The notes: generated by a model from the letters alone, not told the origin. A DNA stretch of 64,000 bases from Octopus vulgaris (GCA_951406725.2 OX597817.1:164796001-164860000); one strand, 5' to 3'. Positions 11,731-25,466 are shown, counted from the stretch's first letter. Translations and numbers: made by a program.

Positions 11731-13342
11731 AACAATCAATTGAAGGAATTGTGTTTTGTTCTCTCACTGGCATCAGCTACCTTGAGGAAAACATCAGAGG
11801 AAACCAGCTACTTAGATGGCTTGATTGGTTTTTAGCCCCTACATCCAGTTCTGATGATTGAGCAGCACATCAGAGGTGATTAGGATATCCTCCAGACTTT
11901 CCTCTGTGCTTTGATCTGACTGGTACAAATTTAGAGAAATAGATAATAGGGATAATGTATTGAATCATATGAGAGAGAGAGAGAGAGAAAGGTGGGGGGA
12001 TAGTTGTCAAAATCTACCTCAAGTCGCTTCTCACTGTCTGAAAAAACATATGCTTAGAAATAAGAAAAATTAAAATTAAAATTAAAAATACATTGGATAA
12101 TTTAATCCTAGGTACACTATTTCTACAAATAGGCAACAATAGAAGCAAAAAGGAAACAAAGAAACATGTAGGAGTTTCATGTCTGCAACATGTTTGATCA
12201 AAGGAGTTTCATGTAGGAATATGTTTGATCAAAGTATTACTAGATCAGTATTGACACCAGCAACATTAATATATGATGAAGAGAGTCATTATCTCCTGTT
12301 CCATGCTGATATGGGTTGGATGATTTGATAGGGTCTGATGTGTCCAAAGACTGCATCAAGCTCCAATGTCTGCTTTAGCATGGCTTTTGTGGCTTGGATG
12401 CCCTTCCTAATGCCTACCACTTTACAGCATGAACTGGGTGCTTTTTGTTTTGTGCCACCTGTACTAACGAGGTTGTCATGCAGTTTGCAGGACTACAAAC
12501 CCTGGAGTTGGCAGGTGTGTGTGAATTCATGCTATGAGACACGGAAATTATTATGAGGGAAGGGAACAGAGCTGCTTCCTGCAGAGAGATCTGCATGGCT
12601 GATCACGTTTAGTATGGGAAAAGTGGAGTGGAAAGAAAAAGAAAAATTGTTATCAGTAGGAGCTGCAAGATGTAGATAATGGCAATAAAGTTTCAATAAA
12701 ACTTTGTCTAACCTATGCAAGCATGGAAAAGTGGATGTTAAAATGATGATGAAGTACTTCTAGGGTTCTGTGGTCAATGTTGGCCATTCATCTACACAAG
12801 TCGTCTTGCAGGTCTGAAACAAGTAAAAGGTAAGAGATATATACATCATCATCATCGTTTAACGTCTGCTTTCCATGCTAGCATGGGTTGGACGATTTGA
12901 CTGAGGACTGGCGAACCAGATGGCTGCACCATGCTCCAATCTGATCTGACAGAGTTTCTACTGCTGGATGCCCTTCCAAACGCCAACCACTCCGAGAGTG
13001 TAGTGGGTGCTTTTACGTGCCACCAGCACTGGCAACAACCTCGCTCGAATCTTTTACACATGCCACCGGCACAGGTGCCAGTAAGGTGATGCTGGTAACG
13101 ATCACGCTTGAATGGTGTCTTTTACATGCCACTGGCACGGAAGCCAGATAGCCGCTCTGGCAACAATCATGCTCAGATGGTGCTCTTAACACCCTACTAG
13201 CATGGGGCTCGAGTGCCAGTTGATATTATGAAGTCCATGAAATGCAGAAATAAACATACAAGACTCCTTGATATCATTAATTCTACAAAGAGTGCAGATA
13301 TGTTCTTTTCTTTCTAATTGCACAATTATTTCCTTTTGTCAG

Positions 13343-13438
13343 TTACGAAGACCAACGAGCTCTACGTGGAGGAAAGGATGGATTGGATCTCATTAAAGCT
13401 GTTTTAAAGACAGCATGCCATCTGGTGTCTCCTTCAGG
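13343..13438 (+). CDS. HEMK1: HEMK1-like exon C
   Basis: tgtcag|T acceptor and GG|gtcagt donor. Encodes (F)YEDQRALRGGKDGLDLIKAVLKTACHLVSPS(G), the PrmC 'YE...AL.GG.DGLD' motif, which fits HEMK1 rather than N6AMT1. Confidence 0.93.
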
Positions 13439-14180
13439 GTCAGTATCATCTCTCTTCTTTTATCTTTTACCTGTTTCAGTCATTGGATTGCGATCATGCT
13501 GGAGCAAGTGACATCTTCTATAATCTCAGACTGACCAATACTTTTGTGAGTGAATTTAGTAGATGGAAACATGATAGGCTTCCACACAGTTTCCATCTAC
13601 CAAATTCACTTGCAAAGCATTGGTTAGTATCATCTCTCTTCTTTTATCTTTTACTTGTTTCAGTCATTGGATTGCGATCATGCTGGAGCAAGTGACATCT
13701 TCTATAGTCTCAGACTGACCAATACTTTTGTGAGTGAATTTGGTAGATGGAAACATGATGGGCTTCCACACAGTTTCCATCTACCAAATTCACTTGCAAA
13801 GCATTGGTTAGTATCATCTCTCTTCTTTTATCTTTTACTTGTTTCAGTCATTGGATTGCGATCATGCTGGAGCAAGTGACATCTTCTATAGTCTCAGACT
13901 GACCAATACTTTTGTGAGTGAATTTGGTAGATGGAAACATGATGGGCTTCCACACAGTTTCCATCTACCAAATTCACTTGCAAAGCATTGGTTAGTATTA
14001 TCTCTCTTCTTTTATCTTTTACTTGTTTCAGTCATTGGATTGCGATCATGCTGGAGCAAGTGACATCTTCTATAGTCTTAGACTGACCAGTACTTTTGTG
14101 AGTGAATTTGGTAGATGGAAACATGATGGGCTTCCACACAGTTTCCATCTACCAAATTCACTTGCAAAGCATTGGTTATC
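13439..14180. repeat. tandem 4 x 184-bp repeat of a SINE fragment starting at the exon C donor
   Basis: Near-identical units start at 13439, 13623, 13807 and 13991. Confidence 0.92.
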
Positions 14181-16123
14181 CTAAGGCTATAGTAGATGAC
14201 ACTTGTCCAAGGTGGTGCACAGTGGGACTGAACCCAAAACCACATGGTTACAAAGCAGGCTTCTTAAGCACGCAGCCATATATGCATCTGTTAGGTTAAA
14301 GTTTTTGTGATTGTTTTTGGAATTTTATCTTTTGTTTGTGAAATCTGTTGCAGATTGATATTTTGAGAATTCTCATGTTCTACAGATCCTTGTTTCTCTT
14401 CTTCTATGTCTATTTAATAAATATTCTTATTTCTTTATTGCCCACATAGAGGGGACAAACAAGGACAGACAAGGAGATTAAGTTGATTACATCGACCCCA
14501 GTGCGTAACTGGTATTTAATTTATCAACTCCAAAAGGATGAAAGGCAAAGTCGACCTCAGCGAAATTTGAACTCAGAACGTAACGGCAGACGAAATACTA
14601 CTAAGTATTTTGCCCTGCGTGCTAACGTCTCTGCCAGCTCGCTGCCTTATATTTAATAAATATTCTGTTAAGCAATGTTTTGCTTTTTTTTTTTGTATTC
14701 ATTCATTAATAGTTCCTTTGACCCTATATGGAACATAGGGCACCAGCAAGAGATTGCCATCAGTTTTGATCTTTGGCAATAGATTGCAGTTGTCCCCAGG
14801 TGTTGTCCTCTCCCAGTTCCCCAGTTTCTGTGGATCTTATCCATGTTGTTTTTTATCTGCCCTACTTCTATCTCCCTTGGGTGTCCATTGGAGGGCTTAA
14901 AAAAAGAAAAACACGATTTTTTCGTGGCTGTTGCCAGTACCGCCTGACTGGCCCTCGTGCCGGCGGCACGTAAAAGCACCCACTACACTTTCGGAGTGGT
15001 TGGCATTAGGAAGAGCATCCAGCTGTAGAAACTCTGCCAGATCAAGATTGGAGCCTGGTGCAGCCATCTGGTTTGCCAGTCCTCAGTCAAATCATCCAAC
15101 CCATGCTAGCATGGAAAGCGGATGTTAAACAATGATGATGATGATTTAACATTTACATTCCATACTGGCATCATTTGGATGGTTTGACAGGAACTGGTAA
15201 GCCAGAAGACTGCACCAAGCTCTACAATCTGCTTTGACATATTTGACGTATTTCTTTGACATATTTCTGTGACCAGATGTCCTTCCTAATGTCAACCCCT
15301 TTACAAGGTGTACTGGGTGATTATTTTATGTGGCACCAGCACCAGTGAGGTGACCAAGTAACTTCTGAAACAAGACCCCAAAATTCGAACGAGAGCACCC
15401 AGTGTTCCTACGTTGATTGAATGACATCATCAGTCTTCAATTTTGAAGTTTACAACTGGCAGAAAGAAAAGGAAAGAAAAGAGGAGAAAAAAGAAAAGAA
15501 AAAAGGAAAAAGAAGAAGAATATTTAATCAAACAGTTTTGTGTAAATATGATGAAATCTCTTGTCATATTATTCATCCATCCAGGACGTGATGTTTATAA
15601 CTCGCAAACATATTTCTCCTCATGCATGTTGAGGACTGAATAATATTGCAGGAAATGGTTTTATGCAAGGTGATGACTGGTTAGAGGACAGTAAAATGTG
15701 TCTTGCAGTAGACATCAGAAGAAAAAGGGGGAAAAGCCTTGGTCTACACCACTTATCGGACACATAATCATTGAAAACAAAGCTGTACAATTTTATAACT
15801 GATGCAGTTGAGTATAGAAGACAACCATGATTAGCAAATTATTGCCAGAGCATTCTTTCAAGTGTTGTATTAGTTTGACCCTTTCGTTACCAACCTGGCC
15901 AAAACCGCCTCTGGCTCTGTAGTACAAATGTCTTGTTTTCAGAAGTTTTGAATTAAAATCTTCCACCAAACCTTAGTCACAATTTATGTTCCTAACACTA
16001 GCTGAATGATAACTAAGTTATTTTACTAAATTCTTTGTTATAGTTAAAGTAATTGAAAGAAACACAGAGCATCTCAACAGAAATACAGTAAATTAATAAA
16101 TGTTATTAAAAATCTTTTTTCAG

Positions 16124-16237
16124 ATCAATTTGGCTTGAGGTTGACTGTAGCCACATATCAGAGCTATATAAATGGGTTGTATCAGAGACAAAGCTCTGCT
16201 TAAGGACTGTCAATATACTTCCTGACTATAGTGGAAG
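16124..16237 (+). CDS. HEMK1: HEMK1-like exon D
   Basis: tttcag|A acceptor and AG|gttagt donor. Encodes SIWLEVDCSHISELYKWVVSETKLCLRTVNILPDYSG(R), matching HemK 'G.I.LEV' and 'D..G..R'. Phases are consistent. Confidence 0.9.
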
Positions 16238-16270
16238 GTTAGTAATTTTGCTATTTTCTTAATTGTTATT

Positions 16271-16498
16271 TTAACCCTTTCGAATTCAGATTTCTTTGTC
16301 AAATGTATTGCTTATTTATTCACATTCTTCTGACTTAATCACATATTGTCTTGTGGCTTCAAGATTTCATTGGTGTATTTGTATATTTTTAGAATGACAT
16401 TGTAGGGTAGGTGCAAGAGGCTGGATCTAAGCAGTTTTAACATAAACCAGTTTGAATATATGGGCTGGATATGGCTGGATTAAATGCTAAGGGGTTAA
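16271..16498. mobile_element. piggyBac-like MITE
   Basis: TTAA CCCTTT ... AAGGGG TTAA. Homologous to 22202-22430. Confidence 0.65.
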
Positions 16499-16714
16499 GG
16501 GTTAACTCTTTTGATACCAGCCTGCCTGAGACTATCTCTGGTCCTGTGATATAAATTTCTTGTTTTAAAGAAATCTGATTTTAAACTTTTCATTAAAATT
16601 TCATGTTAATTTACATTCCAAACACCAGCTTAATTATGAGAAAGTTATTTTACAAAATGTTTCATTATTTTCAAAATTAACTGATATAAAAGTAGTGTAT
16701 TTCAATAGAAATAT

Positions 16715-17075
16715 ACTCTTTTACTCTTTTACTTGTTTTAGTCATTTGACTGTGGCCATGCTAGAGCACCGCCTTTAGTCGAGCAAATCGACCCCAGGAC
16801 TTATTCTTTGTAAACCTAGTACTTATTCTATTGGTCTCTTTTGCTGAACTGCTAAGTTATGGGGACACCAGCATCAGTTGTCAAACGATGTTGGCGGGAC
16901 AAACACACACATATACGACAGGCTTCTTTCAGTTTCTGTCTACCAAATCCACTCACAATGCTTTGGTCAGCCCTTGGCTATAGTAGAAGACACTTGCCCA
17001 AGGTGTCATGCAGTGGGACTGAACCCGGAACCATGTGGTTGGCAAGCAAGCTACTTACCACACAGCCACTCCTAG
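16715..17075 (-). mobile_element. octopus-type CORE-like SINE
   Basis: Collinear with 115-510. Confidence 0.8.
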
Positions 17076-17352
17076 CCCAGACTTCATTTTTTTAGATTCT
17101 TGTCTGATCTCTTATGAAACTTTAGAGGAGAGTAGAGCCTTTTAAAGAGCCTGGGTCATTGAAAGAAATGGCTGTAACAAAGATGGCTACTAACTCATTT
17201 GTCTAAGATTTTGTCCATCATTTACTGACCACTCATTTTAAGTGATCCTTAATTATGATACAGTTTCAGATGATTTTTTTACCTTGACACTTAAACTTAT
17301 TACAACAGCTGTTATGAAATTTCTCTTGTAAATTATTTTTGATTTCTTGCAG

Positions 17353-17404
17353 AGACCGTTTCTTCCATTTTATGAGGACTGAAGATGATTCAGGACCAGA
17401 TTAA
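17353..17404 (+). CDS. HEMK1: HEMK1-like terminal coding exon
   Basis: ttgcag|A acceptor completes Arg, then DRFFHFMRTEDDSGPD and TAA at 17402-17404. Completes the C-terminal 'D..G..RF' strand of HemK proteins. Confidence 0.88.
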
Positions 17405-17624
17405 GCAAAACAACAGGTTTATTTCAAAACTTCCTTTATTTAATTGGCAAGACATTAAAACATAATGAGTGATGAATATGAATTAGCAAATCAAAAATTG
17501 AGTTTTCTTCCAGCTTGTTCTCGAGGTCAGACTCTGCAACTAAATCAAATATAGCCTATTTTCATTTAACTTCATTATTTTATTATTATTATTATTTTTT
17601 TTTTGAGGAAATGGTTTATATTCA

Positions 17625-17630
17625 AATAAA
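17625..17630 (+). promoter_or_regulatory. candidate polyadenylation signal of the HEMK1-like gene
   Basis: AATAAA about 220 nt after the stop codon. The region is AT-rich, so a chance match is possible. Confidence 0.3.
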
Positions 17631-17767
17631 TTTTCTACCTGAAGCAGAAGTACAACCTGCTTAATACTCGAGATGAGCTAAATATAAAGAGTTATGTACC
17701 TTGTCCAGTGTTACATCACAATAGCTTACATATAAGGTTTGGCCTCAACTATTATACTACAATACAT

Positions 17768-17959
17768 AGTTAATTAGTTAGTTAATTTTTGGCTCAAAAA
17801 GCAAAAAGCAAGGCCATGTAGGGGGACATGGAGTTATGTACAGGGTGGTGTTCATGTAGAGAGTTCAAGCCACTTGTGGTCAAGGGAGACTTTGAACCGA
17901 GCGGTCATCAGCATCTTCACCATCTCGTCCGGCAGCTTATTCCACGGATCCGCAACCCG
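17768..17959 (-). mobile_element. 3' fragment of a CR1-like LINE
   Basis: Minus strand encodes RVADPWNKLPDEMVKM..RFKVSLD, the CR1 ORF2 end motif 'WN.LP..V....FK..LD', followed by a short repeat tail. Confidence 0.65.
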
Positions 17960-19004
17960 CAACATGCTATAAATGATATATGATCAGTGTTGTGTGATGC
18001 GAAAATGGGCCTTTATCAAGAGTTTCTTACATCATCTGTTGTAATGTAATGGTATAATGACTATAAATAACTTTAGATAATACAAAGCTCTTCCATGTAT
18101 TTCTCATTATTTTTTTAACATTTCCCATATTTTAATGTGTATAAGGAACCCCCTAATTTTGGGGGTTTTTAATTTTTGAAAAATGGTTTTGTAAGGGATT
18201 ATAATACTATCCATGTATAAGAAACTCCCATACTTCTTAAACCTAATTTTTGACAAAAAAGGGTTCCTTAAAATACAGTATATATAAAGTATGTCTTGTA
18301 TGTATCATTAGATGTGTGACAGCTACTGTCGAGTTTAGACCTCCATGTAGATAATCATCACTCTGTCTGCTTCCAGTATAAGGGTTTCAATGATTTGACT
18401 GCTGTATTTAGTAATATTACTGGTTATGATGTACTGAACTAATGTCAGAGAAATTATGATAAACACATCATTATCATCATCGTTATACATCCATTTTCCT
18501 TGCTGTGATGGGTTGGATGGTTTGGCCGGGGTCTGGGAAGCCAGGAGGCTGCGCCAGGCTCCAGTCTGATCTGGCAGTGTTTCTACAGCTGGATGCCCTT
18601 CCTAATGCCAACCACTCCATGAGTGTAGTGGGTGCTTTCTATGTGCCACCGGCACAGGGGCCAGACGAGGCTGGCAAATGGCCATGGTTTGTTGGTGCTT
18701 TTTACGTGTCACTGACATGGACCTCAGTCAGGTGGCGCTGGCATCATCCACGTTTCAGCTGAATATACGTCATTGATTGGTTGAAATTACCGAAATATGA
18801 CAACTTTAACAAGAAACAACTTCCAAAATACAGAATTTTCTCAACAACACCAAGAGTAAAAGATGTTTTATGTGACACATTCTACAAGTATACAAAGTTT
18901 GAAAGTGTTTAGTTACAAAAAATTATTTTTTAAATCTGTCGGTCAAAAGGTAAAGTTCCATAAATGGTATAGATTTGTGTTTATTGGAATTTCTCAAATA
19001 TATC

Positions 19005-19400
19005 TCTTTTCTTTTACTTGTTTCAGTCATTGGATTGGAGCCATGCTGGGGCACTGCTTTGAACGAATCAACCCCAGTACTTATTTTGTTGAAGCCTGGT
19101 ACTTATTCTTTTAGTTTCTTCTGCTGAACCACCAAGTTACAGGGACATAAACAAACCAATACCAGCTGTCAAGTGGTGGTGGGAACAGACATAAATAGAA
19201 AGACACACACACAGAAATATGTACCTGTATATATATACAATGAACTTATTTTAGTTCCTGCTTACCAAATCCAATCACATGCCCTTGGTCAGCCCAGGGC
19301 TGTAGGAGAAGACATTTACTCAAAGTGCCACACAGTGGGACTGAACCTGTATCATGTGGTTGGGAAGCAAACTTCTTGCCACACAGCCATGCCTGCACCT
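19005..19400 (-). mobile_element. diverged octopus-type CORE-like SINE
   Basis: Collinear with 115-510 and followed by (CA)n. Confidence 0.7.
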
Positions 19401-22201
19401 ATTTACACACATACACACACACACACACATACACACACACACACACATACACACACATACACACACACGCATGCATGCTCACTGCTTGTAATTAGTATTT
19501 TTCAATAAAATATTTCAAAATGCTTTTTAGTTTGAGTTATAACTGATTTGGTTTATAATTTGTTTTTGTTGTTTGTTTATTGCAGATTATCTTCTGATTT
19601 AGCCGATCTATAATCAGATATTCCCACTTGACATTTAATTTGTAGGTAGAAACAATAGCATGATGTCGAGGATTAATTAGCGTGTATGTCCATTCTTTTA
19701 AAGATGCCAAGATTTAAGTAGTTTTAAGGAAAATTTGGCTAATATTTCTAGCAGAATGATTGACTTGTAGTAGCTCCTCTGTTGGCTGGTTTGAGTTATA
19801 ATTAATAATTACATCACTAGGTAAGACAAGCTGACACTGAATCAGCTTCGCTGACTGACAGGTGACAATCGTTTAGAGAATGCGCGGGCTAAGACTACGC
19901 GCCTTCACTAGTCAGTTAAGGTGAGACAGTGTCACGTGACAACTTGCTTGGGCTGCCTACTGGAGCCTAGTAGCAGGTATTTAAAGGGAAAAATTTGACA
20001 AGTCAGTCAGTCACCAGCTGACACTCGCTGACGATACATCGAAGAGGCTAGGGAACATAAGAAAGAAGACATGCACCCAACACCAGAGCTGAAGACACCT
20101 CCGAAAGTGTGGGGGGGGGGGGGGGGGGCCGCCACGTCAAAACGGTAGAGGAGTAGGGGCCGAAACCGGACGTGGTTCCTCCTGATGATGTCTTGAGCTA
20201 ACTGGATCCTATAAAGGAGCTTTTGTGGTAGCAGACCACGAAACACGGTTGTAATTCCTGTTGCTAATAGATGTAAAACTTACTTTTCTAATCTACTGGC
20301 CTTGCAAACACTGAAGGAAGCATACAACCTTTCCTCTCGTTATTACTCCTTCAATACTTCTAGATATCTAACTTGAATAGTCTCATCACAAGGAATATCT
20401 GTTCTCTACCTAAATTATAATATTTGATGCTGTCATTGTTAAGCTCCAGTTGAAAAATGATTGATCAGGCTTCAGCTATCAGCATCCTATCTTATTTTTG
20501 GAGATTGTATAGCTGTGTGTTAAGAAGTTTACTTTCCAGCCCCATAGTGTTAGATTCAGCCCCACTGTGTGACACTTTGGGAAAGTGTTTTCTACTATTA
20601 ATGGACCGGCTAGTGGCCGTTTGCCAGCCTCGTCTGGCACCTGTGTCGGTGGCACATAAAATCACCCATTACACTCTCGGAGTGGTTGGCGTTAGGAAGG
20701 GCATCCAGCTGTAGAAACACTGCCAGATCTGACTGGTCTGGTGCAGCCTTCAGGCTTCCCAGACCCCAGTTGAACCGTCCAACCCATGCTAGCATGGAAA
20801 GCGGACGTTAAACGATGATGATGATGATGATTAACTAGAGGCAATTCTTTCTTTCTCTCTGAATTGGTTATATTTCATTATAAGAAATATTGTGAAGAAC
20901 CATTTGCAGGGAGGGAAAGTGTGAGGAATGCATGGTGCTGACTGGAAAGGATGAAGGTGGCATCATCTTTGCTCAAATACGAATAGAACAGAGTGGTGAC
21001 ATTTAGTAGAGATGACCTGGATGTAGTTCCTCTTTGATTACTATTGCAAACAACAGTAGCTTTCTTCAACTGAATACATATCGTTGATTGGTTGAAATTA
21101 CCCAGATATGACAACTTTAACAGGAAATAGCTTCTAAAATACCAAATTTTGTCAAAAATGTTCAAAGTAAACTGTGTTCTACATGAGATTCCACCAGTAT
21201 ATAAAGTTTCAAACTGTTTGGTTAAAAAAAATTAATTAAAAAAATCTGTGCACCAAACTGAACAGATCCCAAAATTCTAATTAGTCACAGTTTGTCAATG
21301 CTCAGAACAATACTAAAACTGTAGTATGAAAGATGTTTTACTAGGGTCAGTACAGTCATGCCTTTACACAACCTCTCAGCACTGAATGTCAAGAGTTCAC
21401 ATTTTGGAGAGAGGCTTCTTATTTCTTTACTGCCCACAAGGGGCTAAACACAGAGAGGACGAACAAGGACAGACAAACTGATTAAGTCGGTTACATCAAC
21501 CCCAGTGTGTAACTGGTACTTAATTTATCGACCCTGAAAGGATGAAAGGCAAAGTCGACCTTGGCGGAATTTGAACTCAGAACGTAACGGCAGACGAAAT
21601 ACGGCTATGCATTTCGCCCGGTATGCTAACATTTCTGCCAGCTTGCCACAGCAGTCATATTTCTTGTTTATATTGGAGAGAGGCTTCTGCACATGATTAT
21701 CAGGATTTGGAACAGACTTCCAAGGATTATCACAAGAGGCATTTTCGTCAACAAAGTATAAGCTTTTAAATTGTGTGTGAGCAAACACTCCTTGTTATTT
21801 TTGCCATTGGAAATGCAATGAACTCAGTGACTGGCCTGTTGAAAATCTATAATTAACAACTGTTTACAAATATATGATAGAGATGGAAGAATGTAAAAGA
21901 AAATGGTTAAAGCAGTCATATTTGTTGTCTGTATTATGACCAATTAAGACAGTGCAAAACACTGAACTTGTTAGCTTTATTAACAAATGCCCGTTTTTTT
22001 TTTTCTAAAAGTTTCCATCTTTGGCTATAGATAAGTGTCAAGTTGTGTTATATAGGTGAAAAAATGTTTTCATTATGAGACTTGTTAAAAAGCTTAGAAA
22101 CTGAAGAAGAAAAAGATGATGTAAACAAACAATTAGACTACCAAAACAAAAAAAAATGGTTCACTTGAACAATATTGATTTTTCTTTATATTTTTAGGTA
22201 T

Positions 22202-22430
22202 TTAACCCTTTAGTGTTCGCATTATTCTGCCAAAACTAATGCTTTTTTATCTACATTGTTTTGAACTAATCATGCCTTATCTTGTAGCTATGAGATTTTG
22301 ATGCGGTGGCTGTTAATTTTTAAAATGATATTGTAGGGTTGGTCTGAGAGACCAGATCTGGCCAGTTTGAACATAAAACAGTCAGAATACTTTTGGCCAG
22401 ATATGGCCGGTTTAAATGCTAAAGGGTTAA
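22202..22430. mobile_element. piggyBac-like MITE
   Basis: TTAA target duplication at both ends and inverted termini CCCTTTAG...CTAAAGGG. Confidence 0.72.
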
Positions 22431-22689
22431 ACCTGACCCAGTTGGTAACAAATAATGGAAAACCTTTAGAGAGATCTTGCCAAAGTCTATTGTCTGAGCA
22501 TCTTCCCTGTAATATATTGCACGTGTGTAGCTGGTGTTCCATTTTACAGTCAAAAGTCTACTTTGCAGTAACAGGAACTTCCAATGTGTGTATGAAAGGA
22601 GCTGTAGATACCTTGTAGCTATGCACTCTCAAACTACCCTTTATTTTTATATTTATAGATGGAGATTTTTTGTACATTTGAAAACATTG

Positions 22690-22844
22690 CACACATACAC
22701 ATGCACACACATGCACAAGCATTTGCACATACATGTACACATGCACATGCACACACAAACATGTGCACACATGTACACACAAGCATATGCACACATGCAC
22801 ACACAAACACACACACACATACACACACACAAACACAGACATAA

Positions 22845-22882
<38 letters not shown>

Positions 22883-23061
22883 GCATATGTACGATGGGCT
22901 TCTTTCAGTTTCCGTCTACCAAATCCACTCACAAGGCTTTAGTCGGCCCAAGGCTATAGCAGAAGACACTTGAGCAAGGTGCCACGCAGTGGGACTGAAC
23001 CTGGAACCATGTGGTTGGTAAGCAAGCTACTTACCACACAGTCACTCCTGCACACACATGC

Positions 23062-23097
<36 letters not shown>

Positions 23098-23100
23098 CAT
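22690..23100. repeat. degenerate (CA)n/(TA)n microsatellites flanking a SINE head (22890-23050, minus strand)
   Basis: Directly visible in the sequence. Confidence 0.85.
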
Positions 23101-23621
23101 CACATTTAGACTACAAACTGTGAATTAAGGGGAAACAAAAAAAATAGCTGGTCCGTCACTCCATGAATTCTGCCATTTCATCAAACTCTAGTAACACTTT
23201 CAAATTTTGGCACATGGCTAGCAATTCTGATGGAAGTGAGTTAGTAAATGACATCGACAAGCCCCCACCCCACCCCCAGGGCTTGATTTATCGACCTTAA
23301 AAAGATGAAAGGCAAAATCAACCTCAGCTGAATTTAAAGAGCCAGAAGGAATGCCACTAAACATTTTATCCAAAGCACTAATGATTCTGCCTACCCACTC
23401 TGTGTGTGTGTGTGTGTGTGTATTATAGGCACAGAACCCTGGAATTTGGGGGAATGGGGATAGTTGATTACTTTACCCCCAAAGCTCAACTGGTACTGTT
23501 TTATCAACCCCAAAAGGATCAAAGACAAAGTTAACCTTGGCAGCATTTGAAAGTAATGCTGCTGAACATTTTATCGAATAGGTTAATGATTTTGCCAGCT
23601 TGCTGTCATCTTATCCCCATC

Positions 23622-23658
<37 letters not shown>

Positions 23659-24355
23659 TTCTATAAAGGCTTCTTCTTTATTTTCATTCCATGCTGTTCT
23701 AGATCACTCTTTTCTTAGACAGTTCCAGTAGAATAACGGTTTTCTTCTGTGATGAGGTCGCTCCTTACATACCTTCTTCATTTATGGAGAAGAGAAAACT
23801 GAGTTGTTCTTACGACTCTTCCTACAATACAATGTGGATGATTCTGAGAGAGAGAGAGAAAGAAGCAGAAGAAGAAGAATCGATGCTAGTACTTTATTGG
23901 TACTTTATTTGTCAATTTTAGATGGCTGGAAGACTTTCACAGGATTTGGACTCTGAGTGTAGAAAGCTACAATAAATTCCAGAAGTCATTCTATCAGATG
24001 TTCCACTGACTATTAATTTGTTTCTTGTCTAATATCGGCAGAAGGTCACACATTTTGGGTGAAGTACAGCTTATTAGATTCACCACTGTATTTGCGATAC
24101 CGATCCTAGAAAGATGAAAGAATTACCATAGTAAAATTTGAACTTTGTAGGTTAGCAACATTGGAAGATATTTAGTCTGAGCTACCAATTCTACCATCCA
24201 CTGCCTTTTACAATGATTGTTTGTAATGTAAGCACAAGACCAGAGCTTTGGAAGAAGGACATTAATTGATAAACACTTTTGTTACTATATTTATGTTGAA
24301 ATACACCACCAGTGTTAAAAAGGATTTTGAAAATAATAAAGATTGTATTAAGATA

Positions 24356-25466
24356 TTAGGTTGTCAAGAAGTTCTTGTGGAATTTTTAATTTTGGTTTTA
24401 AATGATGTATTTTCAAATTAATTTTCGATAAATTACTTTTACTTTATATATAATTTTAAAGCCCGTTTTTCGCTCTATCTAATCGTGTTGCTCTTTTTCT
24501 TTTTGAATAATTAGGCCATTTTTTCCGGAATGTTGAATACAACATGGACAAAAACCAAATTGGCACAATTTTCTTATTCCAGTTCAAGCTAGGCCGAAAA
24601 GCTGCTGAAACAGCTCGCGATATCAACGATACATTTGGCCCAGGAACCACTAATGAACGTACAGCACAATGGTGGTCCAAGAAATTTTGTAGTGGTGACG
24701 AGAGTCTTGAAGATGATAAGCATAGTGGTTGACCATCAGATGTTGACAACAATCAACTAAGAGCTTTAGTGGAAGCCAATCCATGCACACGTGTTCGAGA
24801 GCTTGCTTCTGAATTAGACATAACATATACGACAATTTCCAACCACTTGAAAGAAGTTGGAAAAACAAATATACTTGAGAAATGGGTGCCGTGTGAACGA
24901 CAACCAAAAAACGCCGTCTTGAACAACAACCAAAAAAACGCCGTTTTGAAGTGTCGTCTTCCCTTCTTTTACACGATAAGAATGACCCATTTCTTGACTG
25001 GATTGTGACTTGTGATGAAAAGTGGATTCTCTACGACAACTGACAACACTCAGCTCAGTGGTTGGATGCCGACGAAGCTCCACAGCACTTCCCAAAGCCA
25101 AAGTTGCACCAAAAGAAGGTCATGGTGACTGGTGGTTTGCGGCCAGTCTCATCAATCACAGCTATTGTATCCAGGTGAAACCATTATGGCAGAGAAGTAC
25201 TGTCAGCAAATGGATGAAATGCATAGGAAACTCCAACAACAACAGCCAGCATTGGTCAATAGAAAAGGACCAATTCTTCTCCATGACAACGCTCGGCCGC
25301 ATGTCACACAACTGACCCTGCAGGAGTTGAATGAATTGGGATACAAAACTCTGCCTCATTCGCCTTACTCACCAGACCTCTCGCCTACCGACTACCACTT
25401 TTTCAAGCATCTCAACAACTTCCTGCATGAGAAATGCTTCAAAAACCTAGACGATGCCAAACATGC
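24356..25466 (+). mobile_element. decayed, 3'-truncated mariner transposon (Hsmar1/cecropia-like)
   Basis: TA followed by TTAGGTTG.., resembling a left TIR. Transposase remnants include WVP, TCDEKW, HDNARPH and YSPDLSPTDYHFF (D,D34D). Confidence 0.9.
24544..25466 (+). pseudogene. mariner transposase pseudogene
   Basis: ATG at 24544 (MDKNQI..FKLGRKAAETARDIN), in-frame TGA at 24730, a local ~26-bp duplication near 24895-24950 and further frameshifts. Confidence 0.9.
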
